A program made the position numbers and the translations under genes. A stretch of DNA of 64,000 nt from Leptolyngbyaceae cyanobacterium (GTDB taxonomy: Bacteria > Cyanobacteriota > Cyanobacteriia > Phormidesmidales > Phormidesmidaceae): assembly GCA_965263355.1 (NCBI GenBank), contig CBDHHL010000032.1:2464001-2528000 (forward strand). The letters run 5' to 3'. The notes under the pieces were generated by a model, which was not told the DNA's origin, made no database searches, and saw only the letters and a list, made by a program, of their open reading frames with translations. Below are positions 52,901 to 62,876 of the stretch, piece after piece (within the stretch, counting starts at the first letter, position 1; every line of letters begins with the position of its first letter).

Positions 52901-53710
52901 TCAGACCACATCCGGTAGCGGAAACTTCTCACCCGCTAAATACGCATCAAAATGCCGCTTAAAATATCGCCACGAAGTAACATTCTCACCCTCTATTCGA
53001 GCCTCAGGAGCATGTCGATAGGCCGGAATCCGCGTACTAATCTGCTCCTGTAAAAGCTCCGGTAGCTCCTCAAACCCCTTTAGCTTACGCCCACTAGCAC
53101 TATAAATCAGCTGCCCAGCCCGGTCCCCCATCTTCATCCAGGGCACCCAGGGACCCAACCGATCCCACCCCAAAATCACATTCGAGATAGACGTCGATTC
53201 AAGATTGCGCAATTCCCGAGTCGGCACCGTCAACTTAAACAACTCAATCGCCTGATAAAGCGACTGAGGACTATACTCCACAAAGCGCTCATCACCCCCT
53301 AACGGATTGGGATAGGACGTAAACAAATCAAACACAAACGTCGTAAAATCTCCGTCCACTTTAGCCCCATACCGTCCCTTAAACGGCTGTTGTCCCTGAA
53401 CAGGATTATTAGCAACATGCATCACCGTTACAGTCTCCCTTGTCCAGGGATTTTTCCAGCTATGCAAAATCTCATCCGTTTCTGGATCGAGATAATATGT
53501 CAACTCCCGTGAAACAAAATTCCAGCTTTCATCCCGGTTATCGAGACAACGACTCACATTCATGCCAACAATGTTGAACAGATGGACCTTTGGTTTACCG
53601 GGCAAAAAAGCATAAACCGCACCACTCCAGGTGAGAAATGCTTGCTCTCCTGTTGTCGAGTTACGGACTTTAACCCAGTCACGGGCACCAAACTGTTCAG
53701 TCATTACCAT
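52901..53710 (-). CDS. DUF1838-like protein
   Basis: W.G.VYAF.PG, SRELTYYLDP.T.EIL..W.NPWT.ETV.V.HVANNPV, R.GPW.PWM.MG. Confidence 0.75.
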   Translation of the reverse strand: MVMTEQFGARDWVKVRNSTTGEQAFLTWSGAVYAFLPGKPKVHLFNIVGMNVSRCLDNRDESWNFVSRELTYYLDPETDEILHSWKNPWTRETVTVMHVANNPVQGQQPFKGRYGAKVDGDFTTFVFDLFTSYPNPLGGDERFVEYSPQSLYQAIELFKLTVPTRELRNLESTSISNVILGWDRLGPWVPWMKMGDRAGQLIYSASGRKLKGFEELPELLQEQISTRIPAYRHAPEARIEGENVTSWRYFKRHFDAYLAGEKFPLPDVV

Positions 53711-53901
53711 GATGAATATAAAACGTCCAAAGTTAATATCATATCAAATATAGCTAGACCATGCCCAAGTTAAAACCTGTAGTTTCTTCGTAGAAGAAAC
53801 CATCATTCTGGATGTGGACACAAGGTTTATCATGCCCAATGGTAACCTTATAAACATCTGTCAGGAGCACAATTTCTTCTGCGTTTGGAGATAAGATAAA
53901 A

Positions 53902-56595
53902 ATGCCTAACAATCTCGAAACGGGCTTTGAGTTTATACTACCCACTGGGAAAACTCTCCAGCTACGCGTCCATGATCCGCGCCCATGGATTAAAGATTGG
54001 GAAAAGCTCCCAGTCGTGATGCGTCTATTTGCGCTTACTATGAGCTTTTTTATTGCCGATCCGACCGAGCTTTCCGTTTTTGATCGCTGGGTTGAAAGTG
54101 GTGGGCAACTCGATGAAACGATTACCTGGGGTCCCCAAAGCATTGTCACCCACGATTTATCGGGGCCAGATATGTTTGTGGATATGCTGGGCATGATTTG
54201 CCAATTAATGAACGACGGCTTTTCCCTGCAGCAAATTCGCGAGCACCTTGGTCGAATCCGGGTCGGTATTGCCCTCGATCATGCACAAGAGAGTAACAAT
54301 GGTGACCCAGATGCCGATATCGCTGTGATGTTTGAGCGTAGCATGCCTCGCTTGGTCTTATTACGTTGGATTGCTGATTTTTTAGAGGGTTCGCTGTGGC
54401 CGAGTATTATGGGAATCTGTCACCAAATTATTCAAGAGTATTGGGGTGAGATTGTTGCGGTCTTCCGTGAGGGTAAACGCGTCAAAATCTCGAAAGATGA
54501 AAATACGGGTGGGTTGCAAGCGGGAGATCTGGTAACTCCAGAATCCATGTTTATTTTGGACTCCCACGCCTCTAACGGTGGTGGTTTTTTTCAGTTCGTT
54601 ATCGGTGGTGGTGGTCCTCGGGCTTTGCGCAGCTGGTTTGTGCATAAGATAACGATGGCTATCCCAAGGGTGACAAATGTACGTCTGGTGGGTCAGCTTG
54701 AGCCCGGTGTTGATGCCAAGTCTTTGGTTGCCGCGTTGACTAACTTTCTGGGGAATGATCGCGCGCTCAAGGGTAGTGCTATTGAGTATTCAGGTCCCGG
54801 CCTCGATACGCTTAGTACTGATGACCGATGTACGTTAGCCAACCAAGGACCTGAATATGGCGCGTTGATGGTGATTGTGCGCTTTGGTAAAGAAGTGATC
54901 AACCATCTCAATCGTACGGGGCGTTCCCCCGTGCTTGTGTCCCTTCTGGAACAATATTGTGATTTTCTGGGGTTGTCTAATCTTGCAGATGAGGAACTTG
55001 TATATACCTATACACGAGAGTTTGATCTGTCCTCTGTTGTGGCCCAAGCTGCAACGAATAATCAGCCTAAGTTCTCTGTGCCGATCAGCGGTCTTGTGGC
55101 TACAATCCGTGGGTTCTGCCTCGGCAAACTCAACAAGATGTATAACGCTTGCCAGTTTGTGATTGCCATAGCTGCGATTACCAGTTGCACTTCTACTGGC
55201 AATCCTCGCATGGTGGTAGAAGCGGCGCTGGTTGCCCGTGCAGCGGCCGAACTTGGTCTTAAGGTTCCTGGATGGGTAAAAGCGATGTTTGCCCCTGGTA
55301 GTGCCAGTGCATCAATTTATCTTGAACGGTTTGACCTACTTAAATGTTTCGATCATATTGGCTTCAAATCTGGCGGTATCGCATGTACCTACTGTTTAGG
55401 CAAAAGCGGTCAGTTGTATCCAGCGTTCTACACCAAGGTTGCCGAAATGGCTGCCACAGGACTTGAGGCCATGGCCATGGCGATTACTAGCTCTAATCGC
55501 CCCTTCGATAAGCGGATTCATAAGGAAGCATGCATCAACACAACTCTAAGCCCTGCTTGGGTCGTCATTTTTGCATTGAAAGGATATATTTTTGACCCAA
55601 TCAATGAACCTCTGACTGTCGTGAAAGGTCGTAAAATATATGCAACAGAACTGTTCCCGGCTCCGGAAGTCGTGGCCCACTATGTTGAGCAGATTGGCCC
55701 TGAAGACTATGCTCAGACTTACAGCCCAGCCGTGTTAGCGGGAGATCGACAATTCCAGGCTATTCCTCGTCAGAGTGTGGAAACGTTATTTGAGCCAGGT
55801 CAGGAGAACCACTGGGTTAATATACCAGACTACAGCACTTGTAAACGGTTTGTGCCCAACGGCAAGATTCCTCAAGTACACAAGGCTCGTTGTCTGGGGG
55901 TTTATGGCAATGGTTTGACCACCGATGGTCTTGCGCCTAACTTCTCGGTGATTGAGGACAGCCCAATGTGGAATTACCTAATTGCTGAGGGGATGACACC
56001 GACTCAGATTCGTCAATATAAGATCAGTGATTTCCGCTCAAAAGACGCTGTTATGCGAATGGCGGTTTTGAGTGGCGGCGATGCCTATAATCTGATGGCC
56101 GATGGAAAAACAGGCATGACCACCCATGTCCTGACTGGCGAAGAACAGTTTTTGTACCTGGTTGCAAAAGCTTATGATGACCTTAATATCAACAAGTTTA
56201 TTATGGCGCTAAACGACTACGGTAGCGGGTCTTCACGCGTCTGGGGTGTTAAGGGGTTAACCTTTAGTAATATTCCACTGGTACTGAGCAAAAACACTGA
56301 CCCAATCCATAGCCAAAATCTGGTGGATATGGGGGTGGTTAATCTTTTGTTTTGTGCGGGCAAAGACTATACAACACTTGGTTTGGATGGCTTTGAAATC
56401 TATAGTTTCCACTTCAACGGCGAACTGACGCCTGGTCAGGTTGTAACGGTCGAAGCCGAGAAGAGTGATGGAACTGTGATTTCCTTTGAGACTACAGTTG
56501 CTGCGCGAACTCAGGAAGACTGCCAAACTATCATTGACGGAGGGTTTATCGAGGCCTGTGTCAACGGCGCTGCTGCGATCATGAGGGCTGCTTAA
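53902..56595 (+). CDS. Highly divergent aconitase-family hydratase (AcnA/AcnD-like architecture)
   Basis: LDH, GICHQ, DSH, LANQGPEYGA, AITSCT, CTYC, SNR..KRIH, TTDG, YGSGSSR, IHSQNLVDMGV, in AcnA domain order. Confidence 0.88.
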   Translation: MPNNLETGFEFILPTGKTLQLRVHDPRPWIKDWEKLPVVMRLFALTMSFFIADPTELSVFDRWVESGGQLDETITWGPQSIVTHDLSGPDMFVDMLGMICQLMNDGFSLQQIREHLGRIRVGIALDHAQESNNGDPDADIAVMFERSMPRLVLLRWIADFLEGSLWPSIMGICHQIIQEYWGEIVAVFREGKRVKISKDENTGGLQAGDLVTPESMFILDSHASNGGGFFQFVIGGGGPRALRSWFVHKITMAIPRVTNVRLVGQLEPGVDAKSLVAALTNFLGNDRALKGSAIEYSGPGLDTLSTDDRCTLANQGPEYGALMVIVRFGKEVINHLNRTGRSPVLVSLLEQYCDFLGLSNLADEELVYTYTREFDLSSVVAQAATNNQPKFSVPISGLVATIRGFCLGKLNKMYNACQFVIAIAAITSCTSTGNPRMVVEAALVARAAAELGLKVPGWVKAMFAPGSASASIYLERFDLLKCFDHIGFKSGGIACTYCLGKSGQLYPAFYTKVAEMAATGLEAMAMAITSSNRPFDKRIHKEACINTTLSPAWVVIFALKGYIFDPINEPLTVVKGRKIYATELFPAPEVVAHYVEQIGPEDYAQTYSPAVLAGDRQFQAIPRQSVETLFEPGQENHWVNIPDYSTCKRFVPNGKIPQVHKARCLGVYGNGLTTDGLAPNFSVIEDSPMWNYLIAEGMTPTQIRQYKISDFRSKDAVMRMAVLSGGDAYNLMADGKTGMTTHVLTGEEQFLYLVAKAYDDLNINKFIMALNDYGSGSSRVWGVKGLTFSNIPLVLSKNTDPIHSQNLVDMGVVNLLFCAGKDYTTLGLDGFEIYSFHFNGELTPGQVVTVEAEKSDGTVISFETTVAARTQEDCQTIIDGGFIEACVNGAAAIMRAA

Positions 56596-56604
56596 AACGC
56601 TATA

Positions 56605-57744
56605 TTAGGTGGGACGACGCTGAAGTAAGTATTTAACCAAGATTGGTCCCAATGCCAATATAAAAAACATGCGGCTTAACTGCATGGTTAACACCAGGCT
56701 AGTATCTCCGCCCAATTGCACTACCATCGCAACCATGGCTTCTAACCCACCAGGTGTGGATCCTAAAATCGCCGTAGCTGTATCCACACCTGTAGCCCAA
56801 TGGAACCCATACCCGATTCCTAAGCAGGCAACGATCAAGAACACGACCAAAACAATTTCCAGTAAAACGGCTTTCAATAACTTTGCTGCCGTTTGGATAT
56901 CAAAGCGCAAACCAATACTTACGCCCAACAGTAACAACCCGCTCATAAATACTGGCTGAGGTACCTGATACAAGTCAGGAAATAGCCATAGGCAAGCTAA
57001 CCCCACTAAAAACGTGCCGAAGAAATCTGCTGCCGGTAAATTGAGGCGTTTGCCCGCGAATATTCCAAATCCACAGAAGAATAATACAACCAAGCTATTT
57101 AAGGGCTCTATCACATTACTGTCTGCTAAGGTACTGGGCACGTTTTCAGATGGGAGGTCAATAGCTGGAAATAAGAGACCAACGGTAATGGGTACAATCA
57201 CAACAACTAATAGCAGACGCAGGTATTGTAAAACTGCCACAGCGATCGCATCACCTCCCATTTCTTCACTCATAGCGACGATGCCTGAGGCCACCCCTGG
57301 AATTGACCCTAAAAAGCCTGTCGTCAGATCAATACCGGCCCAGCGAGCTAACAAGTAACCATTAAATAGACTGAAGCCACTGGTGCCAATGGTACATGCC
57401 AGGATTGGCAGGGCATAGGCTTTAGCCATCCACAACGTCTCGGGGGAAAATCGTGCTGCCGTTGCAATGCCAATAATCGCTTTTCCGATGGTTAAAAAAG
57501 AGACTGGTAAAGGCTGGGGATTACCTTGACTAACAGCGTAGAGAATGCCGAGAATCAACGGGCCAAGGAGCCAGCTGACAGGGAATTGAAGGTAATTAAA
57601 CAGTAGGGCAATTGCGATCGCAAACACTAACGGTTCTACGATAGTCCGCAAGCGAGACGCACTAACAGTCCATAGAATGGGCAAACCAAACCACGATTTT
57701 GTAGTTGCATTTTCATCGATCACCGTAAGAGCCGCCGCCTCCAA
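56605..57744 (-). CDS. AbrB (AidB-regulator-type) membrane protein
   Basis: Internal duplication PGVASG/PGGLEAM, QYLRL/QLSRM; WLLGP; about 10 TM segments. Start uncertain. Confidence 0.85.
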   Translation of the reverse strand: MEAAALTVIDENATTKSWFGLPILWTVSASRLRTIVEPLVFAIAIALLFNYLQFPVSWLLGPLILGILYAVSQGNPQPLPVSFLTIGKAIIGIATAARFSPETLWMAKAYALPILACTIGTSGFSLFNGYLLARWAGIDLTTGFLGSIPGVASGIVAMSEEMGGDAIAVAVLQYLRLLLVVVIVPITVGLLFPAIDLPSENVPSTLADSNVIEPLNSLVVLFFCGFGIFAGKRLNLPAADFFGTFLVGLACLWLFPDLYQVPQPVFMSGLLLLGVSIGLRFDIQTAAKLLKAVLLEIVLVVFLIVACLGIGYGFHWATGVDTATAILGSTPGGLEAMVAMVVQLGGDTSLVLTMQLSRMFFILALGPILVKYLLQRRPT

Positions 57745-57941
57745 ATTGTTATCAACAAATCATAGGCTTACCTAGCCTGGAACAGACCACAATTTTGCAT
57801 ATCCCTGCATGTCGTTACTTATTAAGAAAATAGAAAATTAATATCCTGTTGGCCTTACTGTCATTAAAAATTAGTTCACCTATTTAAGATTAATCATAAC
57901 GAATTGATGGATTCAGATTTGGATTCAGATTTAGAGGTACC

Positions 57942-59426
57942 GTGACTGAAACATCAGGGCTAGATACGCTGATTAAACATGTAAGGGTGGTGCGTCCAAA
58001 CCAGTCATCCGTAGAACTACTGGATTTGGGTATCAAGGATGGAAAATTTGCCCAAATTTCTCCAGATATTAGCCCTGATCAGGCAAATGAGGTCATTGAT
58101 GGCGAGAATTTACTAGGGTTTCCCGGCTGTGTGGATGCCCATATGCACATCGGCATTTATCAACCCCTGGAACAAGATGCTGTTGCAGAAACTAAGGCAG
58201 CAGCCATGGGGGGTGTGACTACCAGTCTGAACTATATGCGCACAGGGCAGTATTACCTGAACAAGGGTGGTCCCTACCAGTCGTTTTATCCAGAAGTCTT
58301 AGCAAAATCAGCGGGCAATTTTTTTGTCGATTATGGCTATCATCTAGCTCCCATTAGTCCCCACCATATTGATGAAATGCCCTGGTTGTTGGAGCAGGGC
58401 GTGACATCGTTTAAGATTTTTATGTTTTACGGTGGCTATGGTCTCCACGGTCTTTCTGGTCAACAAAGCCTGTTTTTGATGATCAACAAGGAAGACCGTT
58501 ATGACTTTGCCCATTTTGAATTTATTATGCGGGGGCTGACCCGTCTGCGGCAAGAAAATCCTGACGTTCAGGATAGTCTGAGTTTAAGTCTCCACTGCGA
58601 AGTGGCCGATATCTTAAATGCCTATACTAAAATTGTACAACAAGATACAAGTCTCTCTGGCTTAAAGGCCTACAGTGCTGCCCGCCCGCCCCATTCTGAA
58701 GGGCTGGCAATTTGTATTGCGTCCTATCTGGCCTATGAGACAGACTGTGTCAATATTAATTTGCTGCATCTTAGTTCTCGGAAGGCATTGGAAGCAGCCT
58801 TGATGATGCAGAACTCCTTTCCCCACATTAACTTTCGACGGGAGGTGACCGTTGGCCATCTGTTGTTGGATGTGGATACAACCGCAGGTAAGTGGGCCAA
58901 GGTGAATCCCCCTATCCGGTCTCGACAGGATGTGGAATTTCTTTGGAATGCGGTGTTAGATGGCCAGGTGGATTGGATTGTCAGCGACCATGCCTGCTGT
59001 TCTGCGGCGAAAAAGGTCAGTTTTAAAGACCCAGAGAATATTTGGCTGGCTAAATCAGGTTTTGGCGGGACTGAATATTTACTCTCAGGGGTGTTTAGCG
59101 AGGGTAGTAAGCGCGGGCTGCCCTACCATCGGATGGCGGAACTGCTGAGTTGGAATCCAGCTCAGCGATACGGGCTGTTTTGTAAAGGGGATATTGCCGT
59201 TGGCTATGATGCGGATCTGGTTTTGTTGGACCCAGATGAGACATTTGTTGTCCAGGCGGATCAATCACTGTCACAACAAGGGTATACCCCCTTCGAGGGA
59301 GTGGAGTTAACGGGCCGTGTAAAACAAACATTTTTACGGGGGCAATTAATTTATGACCGTGGTCAGGTGGTAGGAACACCTCAGGGCAAGTATTTAAAAC
59401 GTCCTTTAAGGCTTGTTAAAAATTAA
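57942..59426 (+). CDS. Cyclic amidohydrolase (dihydroorotase/allantoinase/hydantoinase family)
   Basis: Metal ligands DAHMH, SFKIFM (carbamylated Lys), LHCE, LHLS, SDHA; GDIAVGYDADLV. Confidence 0.9.
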   Translation: MTETSGLDTLIKHVRVVRPNQSSVELLDLGIKDGKFAQISPDISPDQANEVIDGENLLGFPGCVDAHMHIGIYQPLEQDAVAETKAAAMGGVTTSLNYMRTGQYYLNKGGPYQSFYPEVLAKSAGNFFVDYGYHLAPISPHHIDEMPWLLEQGVTSFKIFMFYGGYGLHGLSGQQSLFLMINKEDRYDFAHFEFIMRGLTRLRQENPDVQDSLSLSLHCEVADILNAYTKIVQQDTSLSGLKAYSAARPPHSEGLAICIASYLAYETDCVNINLLHLSSRKALEAALMMQNSFPHINFRREVTVGHLLLDVDTTAGKWAKVNPPIRSRQDVEFLWNAVLDGQVDWIVSDHACCSAAKKVSFKDPENIWLAKSGFGGTEYLLSGVFSEGSKRGLPYHRMAELLSWNPAQRYGLFCKGDIAVGYDADLVLLDPDETFVVQADQSLSQQGYTPFEGVELTGRVKQTFLRGQLIYDRGQVVGTPQGKYLKRPLRLVKN

Positions 59427-59712
59427 GCTCATGATTTTAGCTAGGGTAATTATATTCAGATTATCCTAAAACCCAGCGCACTAGGTTATTCCTAATGGCA
59501 TTAAGTTGGGGTTATGGCGAAGTCGATTATAGGTGTTCTGGCTCGATTTTTGCGAAGAATTTGATGCATAAAACTCAAATCATGAAGCTATTTTTGCTAA
59601 TTTCTTAGCACTCCCATAAATTAATCTCCTTTGGTCGAGATCCCCCTTGCCTGCCCCCCTTTCCTCCCGAAGGGAAATGAATCGGAAAAATCTTATCAAG
59701 AGTTCGTTTTTT

Positions 59713-60756
59713 ATGGAATCCCCATCTACTCCTATAAATGCGTTTACAGCATTGGCGATGCAGCTAAAGGCTGAAGCGGTTAATCGGGCAAGTACTTCGT
59801 CCGAGGCACGGACCATTATGGAGGGTGCGATCGCAAAGCTAGGTCCTCAAATCGCCGCTGCCCGCGCCTTTATCGGTGCCGACTGTCGCCTGGTAGTACT
59901 GCCAGAATACTGGCTCACTGGCTTTCCCATGGGAGAATCTCTCACCGACTGGGGCACCAAGGCCTGTCTCACTATGGATGACCCAATTTACGAGGCCCTG
60001 GGAGCCATTGCCCAAAAGCAGGGAATTTTTCTAGCGGGCAATGCCTACGAATTGGATTCTAATTTTCCCGACCTCTATTTCCAGACTTGTTTTGTGCTGG
60101 ATCCCTCAGGGGACATGGTGTTGCGGTATCGTCGCATCAACTCTATGTATGCCCCCACGCCCCACGATGTGTGGGACAAATATTTGGATATCTACGGCAT
60201 TGAAGGAATTTTCCCGGTGGCCAAAACAGCCATTGGCAATCTGGCCGCCGTCGCCTCCGATGAGATTCTCTTTCCCGAGGTGACCCGCTGTTTGATGCTG
60301 CGGGGGGCTGAAATTTTGCTCCATCCCACCTCTGAAGTATATGGCAATGCTCGGGCTCCTAAGGAAGCGGCCAAAGTCTCTCGGGCCGTGGAAAATATCA
60401 TGTATGTGGTCTCGGCCAATACCGCTGGCATTGCCAATACACCCATTTTAGAAGCCTCGGTGGATGGGGGCTCGAAGATTATTGACTACCGGGGGCTGAT
60501 ATTGGCGGAAACTGGAGCTGGAGAGAGTATGGCTGCCTATGGCGACATTGACCTGGATGCTCTGCGTCGCTATCGTCAACGGCCCAGCATCAAGAACCTA
60601 CTATCTCGGCAGCGGCTGGATGCCTATACTACACTCTATGGTCAGTTTTCTATTTACCCGGCCAATTCCATGGCAGCCGGTGGGGTGGAACGCAGCCACT
60701 TTATCGCTACTCAGAAAACAGCCCTTGAACGGTTAACACAGTTGGGGGTAATTTGA
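59713..60756 (+). CDS. Nitrilase/carbon-nitrogen hydrolase fold protein with atypical triad
   Basis: VLPEY, YRR, ASDEILFPE..R.L.L.GAEILLHP, RAVEN.MYVVSAN, GGSKIID..G. Start placed at ATG 59713 (ORF track 59647). Confidence 0.85.
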   Translation: MESPSTPINAFTALAMQLKAEAVNRASTSSEARTIMEGAIAKLGPQIAAARAFIGADCRLVVLPEYWLTGFPMGESLTDWGTKACLTMDDPIYEALGAIAQKQGIFLAGNAYELDSNFPDLYFQTCFVLDPSGDMVLRYRRINSMYAPTPHDVWDKYLDIYGIEGIFPVAKTAIGNLAAVASDEILFPEVTRCLMLRGAEILLHPTSEVYGNARAPKEAAKVSRAVENIMYVVSANTAGIANTPILEASVDGGSKIIDYRGLILAETGAGESMAAYGDIDLDALRRYRQRPSIKNLLSRQRLDAYTTLYGQFSIYPANSMAAGGVERSHFIATQKTALERLTQLGVI

Positions 60757-60757
60757 C

Positions 60758-62164
60758 ATGGTCGCCGTACGAAACCCACGCACAGGCCGTCTGGATTATG
60801 AGATTACCCCGCCCACGCCAGAACAGCTAACCGCTACCTGTAAGCGGCTGCGCCAGGGGCAGCAAGATTGGCAAACCAAAGGGGTGGGCTATCGAATTGA
60901 GGCTTTACAGGCATGGAAACAGGCATTGTTAGCCTGCAAAGATGATTTAATTCAGGCAATTGCAGCGGATACGGGCCGACTCTCAGAATCTGTGCTGGAG
61001 GTAGACTCATTTCTCTCAGGGTTGGACCGCTGGTGTGGACTGGCCCCGGACCTGATTGCACCTGCCCCAGCCAAAACATCGGCTATTCCGTTTATCGAAC
61101 TGCGTCCTCAGTTAGTCCCCTACAACCTGGTGGGGATAATCAGTCCCTGGAATTTTCCCCTATTACTATCCACCATCGATACGGTGCCAGCACTGTTAGC
61201 GGGCTGTGCCGTGATGGTTAAACCCAGTGAGATTACCTCTCGGTTTATTCAGGTAATCATGGTTGCGATCGCAACTGTTCCCGCTCTCCAATCCGTCCTC
61301 ACCTTTATCGAAGGTGCAGGCGAAACCGGTGCAGCGTTGATCGACCAGGTGGATTTGGTGTGCTTTACCGGCAGTGTTGCCACCGGTAAAACCGTGGCCA
61401 TGGCTGCCGCAAGACGCATGATCCCCGTCTTTTTAGAGTTGGGTGGGAAAGACCCTGCTATTGTTCTCGCATCAGCCAATGTGGACCAGGCCGCCACCGC
61501 ATTACTATGGGGATCGGTGGTAAATGCAGGGCAGTCCTGCTTGTCCATTGAGCGGATTTATGTGGATCAGGGGATTTGCGATCGCTTTGTCGAAACTCTG
61601 GTACAGAAAGCAAAACAGCTTAACCTGGCCTATCCCGAACCAAACAGCGGTCAAATCGGCCCGATTATTGCCGCCAGACAAGCCGATCTGATCGCAGATC
61701 ATTTGCAAGATGCCCATAACAAAGGAGCAGTTATCCAGTGTGGCGGGACCATTGAAAATCTCGGAGGGGGCCTGTGGTGTCGTCCAACCGTCCTCACCCA
61801 GGTAAACCATACGATGAAAATTATGACGACAGAAACCTTTGGCCCGATTATGCCAGTAATGCCGTTTGACACCGTTGATACAGCCATTCGACTCGCCAAC
61901 GATACCATTTATGGCCTCAGTGCAGCGGTATTTGCCGGTTCAATCGAGGAAGCCCAGGCCGTTGGCCAACAGATTCAGGCAGGGGCCATCAGCATCAACG
62001 ATGCTGGCTTAACCGCACTGGTCCATGAAGGAGAAAAAAACGCCTTTAAGTCATCTGGTCTCGGTGGCTCCCGTATGGGACCCGCATCGCTCCAGCGATT
62101 TATGCGTAAACAGATCTGTTTGGTCAAAACTAGCTCGATGAACGATCCCTGGTGGTTTAGGTAA
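60758..62164 (+). CDS. Aldehyde dehydrogenase
   Basis: ISPWNFP, KPSE, FTGS, LELGGKDP, GQSC, ETFGP; 1 bp after the nitrilase-like gene. Confidence 0.95.
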   Translation: MVAVRNPRTGRLDYEITPPTPEQLTATCKRLRQGQQDWQTKGVGYRIEALQAWKQALLACKDDLIQAIAADTGRLSESVLEVDSFLSGLDRWCGLAPDLIAPAPAKTSAIPFIELRPQLVPYNLVGIISPWNFPLLLSTIDTVPALLAGCAVMVKPSEITSRFIQVIMVAIATVPALQSVLTFIEGAGETGAALIDQVDLVCFTGSVATGKTVAMAAARRMIPVFLELGGKDPAIVLASANVDQAATALLWGSVVNAGQSCLSIERIYVDQGICDRFVETLVQKAKQLNLAYPEPNSGQIGPIIAARQADLIADHLQDAHNKGAVIQCGGTIENLGGGLWCRPTVLTQVNHTMKIMTTETFGPIMPVMPFDTVDTAIRLANDTIYGLSAAVFAGSIEEAQAVGQQIQAGAISINDAGLTALVHEGEKNAFKSSGLGGSRMGPASLQRFMRKQICLVKTSSMNDPWWFR

Positions 62165-62191
62165 GAATTCTGTCGTTATTAGACTGTGTTT

Positions 62192-62322
62192 ATGAAGGCA
62201 TGTCGTATTCATCATCAGTACAGCCCGTTATCAATCCGGTGCAGGGCCTGGAAAGCGTTTCGCAAATGTTGTTACAAATGGAGCAGAATCGTCTCATAGG
62301 AAAGGTTGTCATTGCCCCATAA
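62192..62322 (+). pseudogene. MDR (zinc-ADH/quinone oxidoreductase) family remnant: termini only
   Basis: ATG 62192 gives MKACRIH (MDR-type start). A shifted frame gives VQPVINPVQGLESVSQMLLQMEQNRLIGKVVIAP* (MDR-type C-terminus). Confidence 0.6.
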
Positions 62323-62363
62323 TTTTATGTTTAGGCCGTTTAGTTAAATTAGGAGCTAGTCAA

Positions 62364-62810
62364 ATGTCTACAATTCGCGAAGGAATGCCCGTTCTCACTC
62401 GCCATGAAGGTCAATGGGCCGGGACTTACACAGTGATTGATAATGACGGCAAGATTCTCGATACCCACAAATGCCTGATCACCTGTGAGTTTCCAGAGGG
62501 CCAACCCTATCCCTATTTCCAAACCAATCGCTATACCTGGGCTGACGGCAAAGTAGAAGAATATCAGTTTCCTGGTATGTATCGAGATAACAAACTTTGG
62601 TTTGATACCGAGCGCATTGAAGGCAAAGCCTGGGACGCTGACGATTCTCTTGTGATCCTATGGTTTGCCTATAAAGGAATTCCGGGTGCCTTTGTCTATG
62701 AAATGATCCACCTGAGTAAGTGCAACAATCACCGTGCCCGTACCTGGCACTGGTTTAAAGATGGCGAAATCTACCAGCGAACGCTGATCAAAGAAGAGCG
62801 AGTCAAGTAA
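62364..62810 (+). CDS. DUF3598-like calycin/lipocalin beta-barrel protein
   Basis: HEGQWAGTY (G-x-W calycin motif), beta-rich, RARTWHWF; RBS AGGAG. Confidence 0.65.
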   Translation: MSTIREGMPVLTRHEGQWAGTYTVIDNDGKILDTHKCLITCEFPEGQPYPYFQTNRYTWADGKVEEYQFPGMYRDNKLWFDTERIEGKAWDADDSLVILWFAYKGIPGAFVYEMIHLSKCNNHRARTWHWFKDGEIYQRTLIKEERVK

Positions 62811-62876
62811 GACTCCGTTACGCAATAAACCTTCCCACCGTACCCCCAAACTTAATGCCATTAGGAATAACCTGAC

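Larger units (their letters stand above)
5131..61585. repeat. HIP1 octamer GCGATCGC, dispersed
   Basis: Seen for example at 5131, 5891, 6243, 8843, 14173 and 44491, and many more; hallmark of cyanobacterial genomes. Not counted exhaustively. Confidence 0.9.

Noticed and set aside
57908..57931. Tandem 12-mer TGGATTCAGATT x2 before the amidohydrolase
   Set aside because: Two copies next to the RBS; most simply a slippage duplication.
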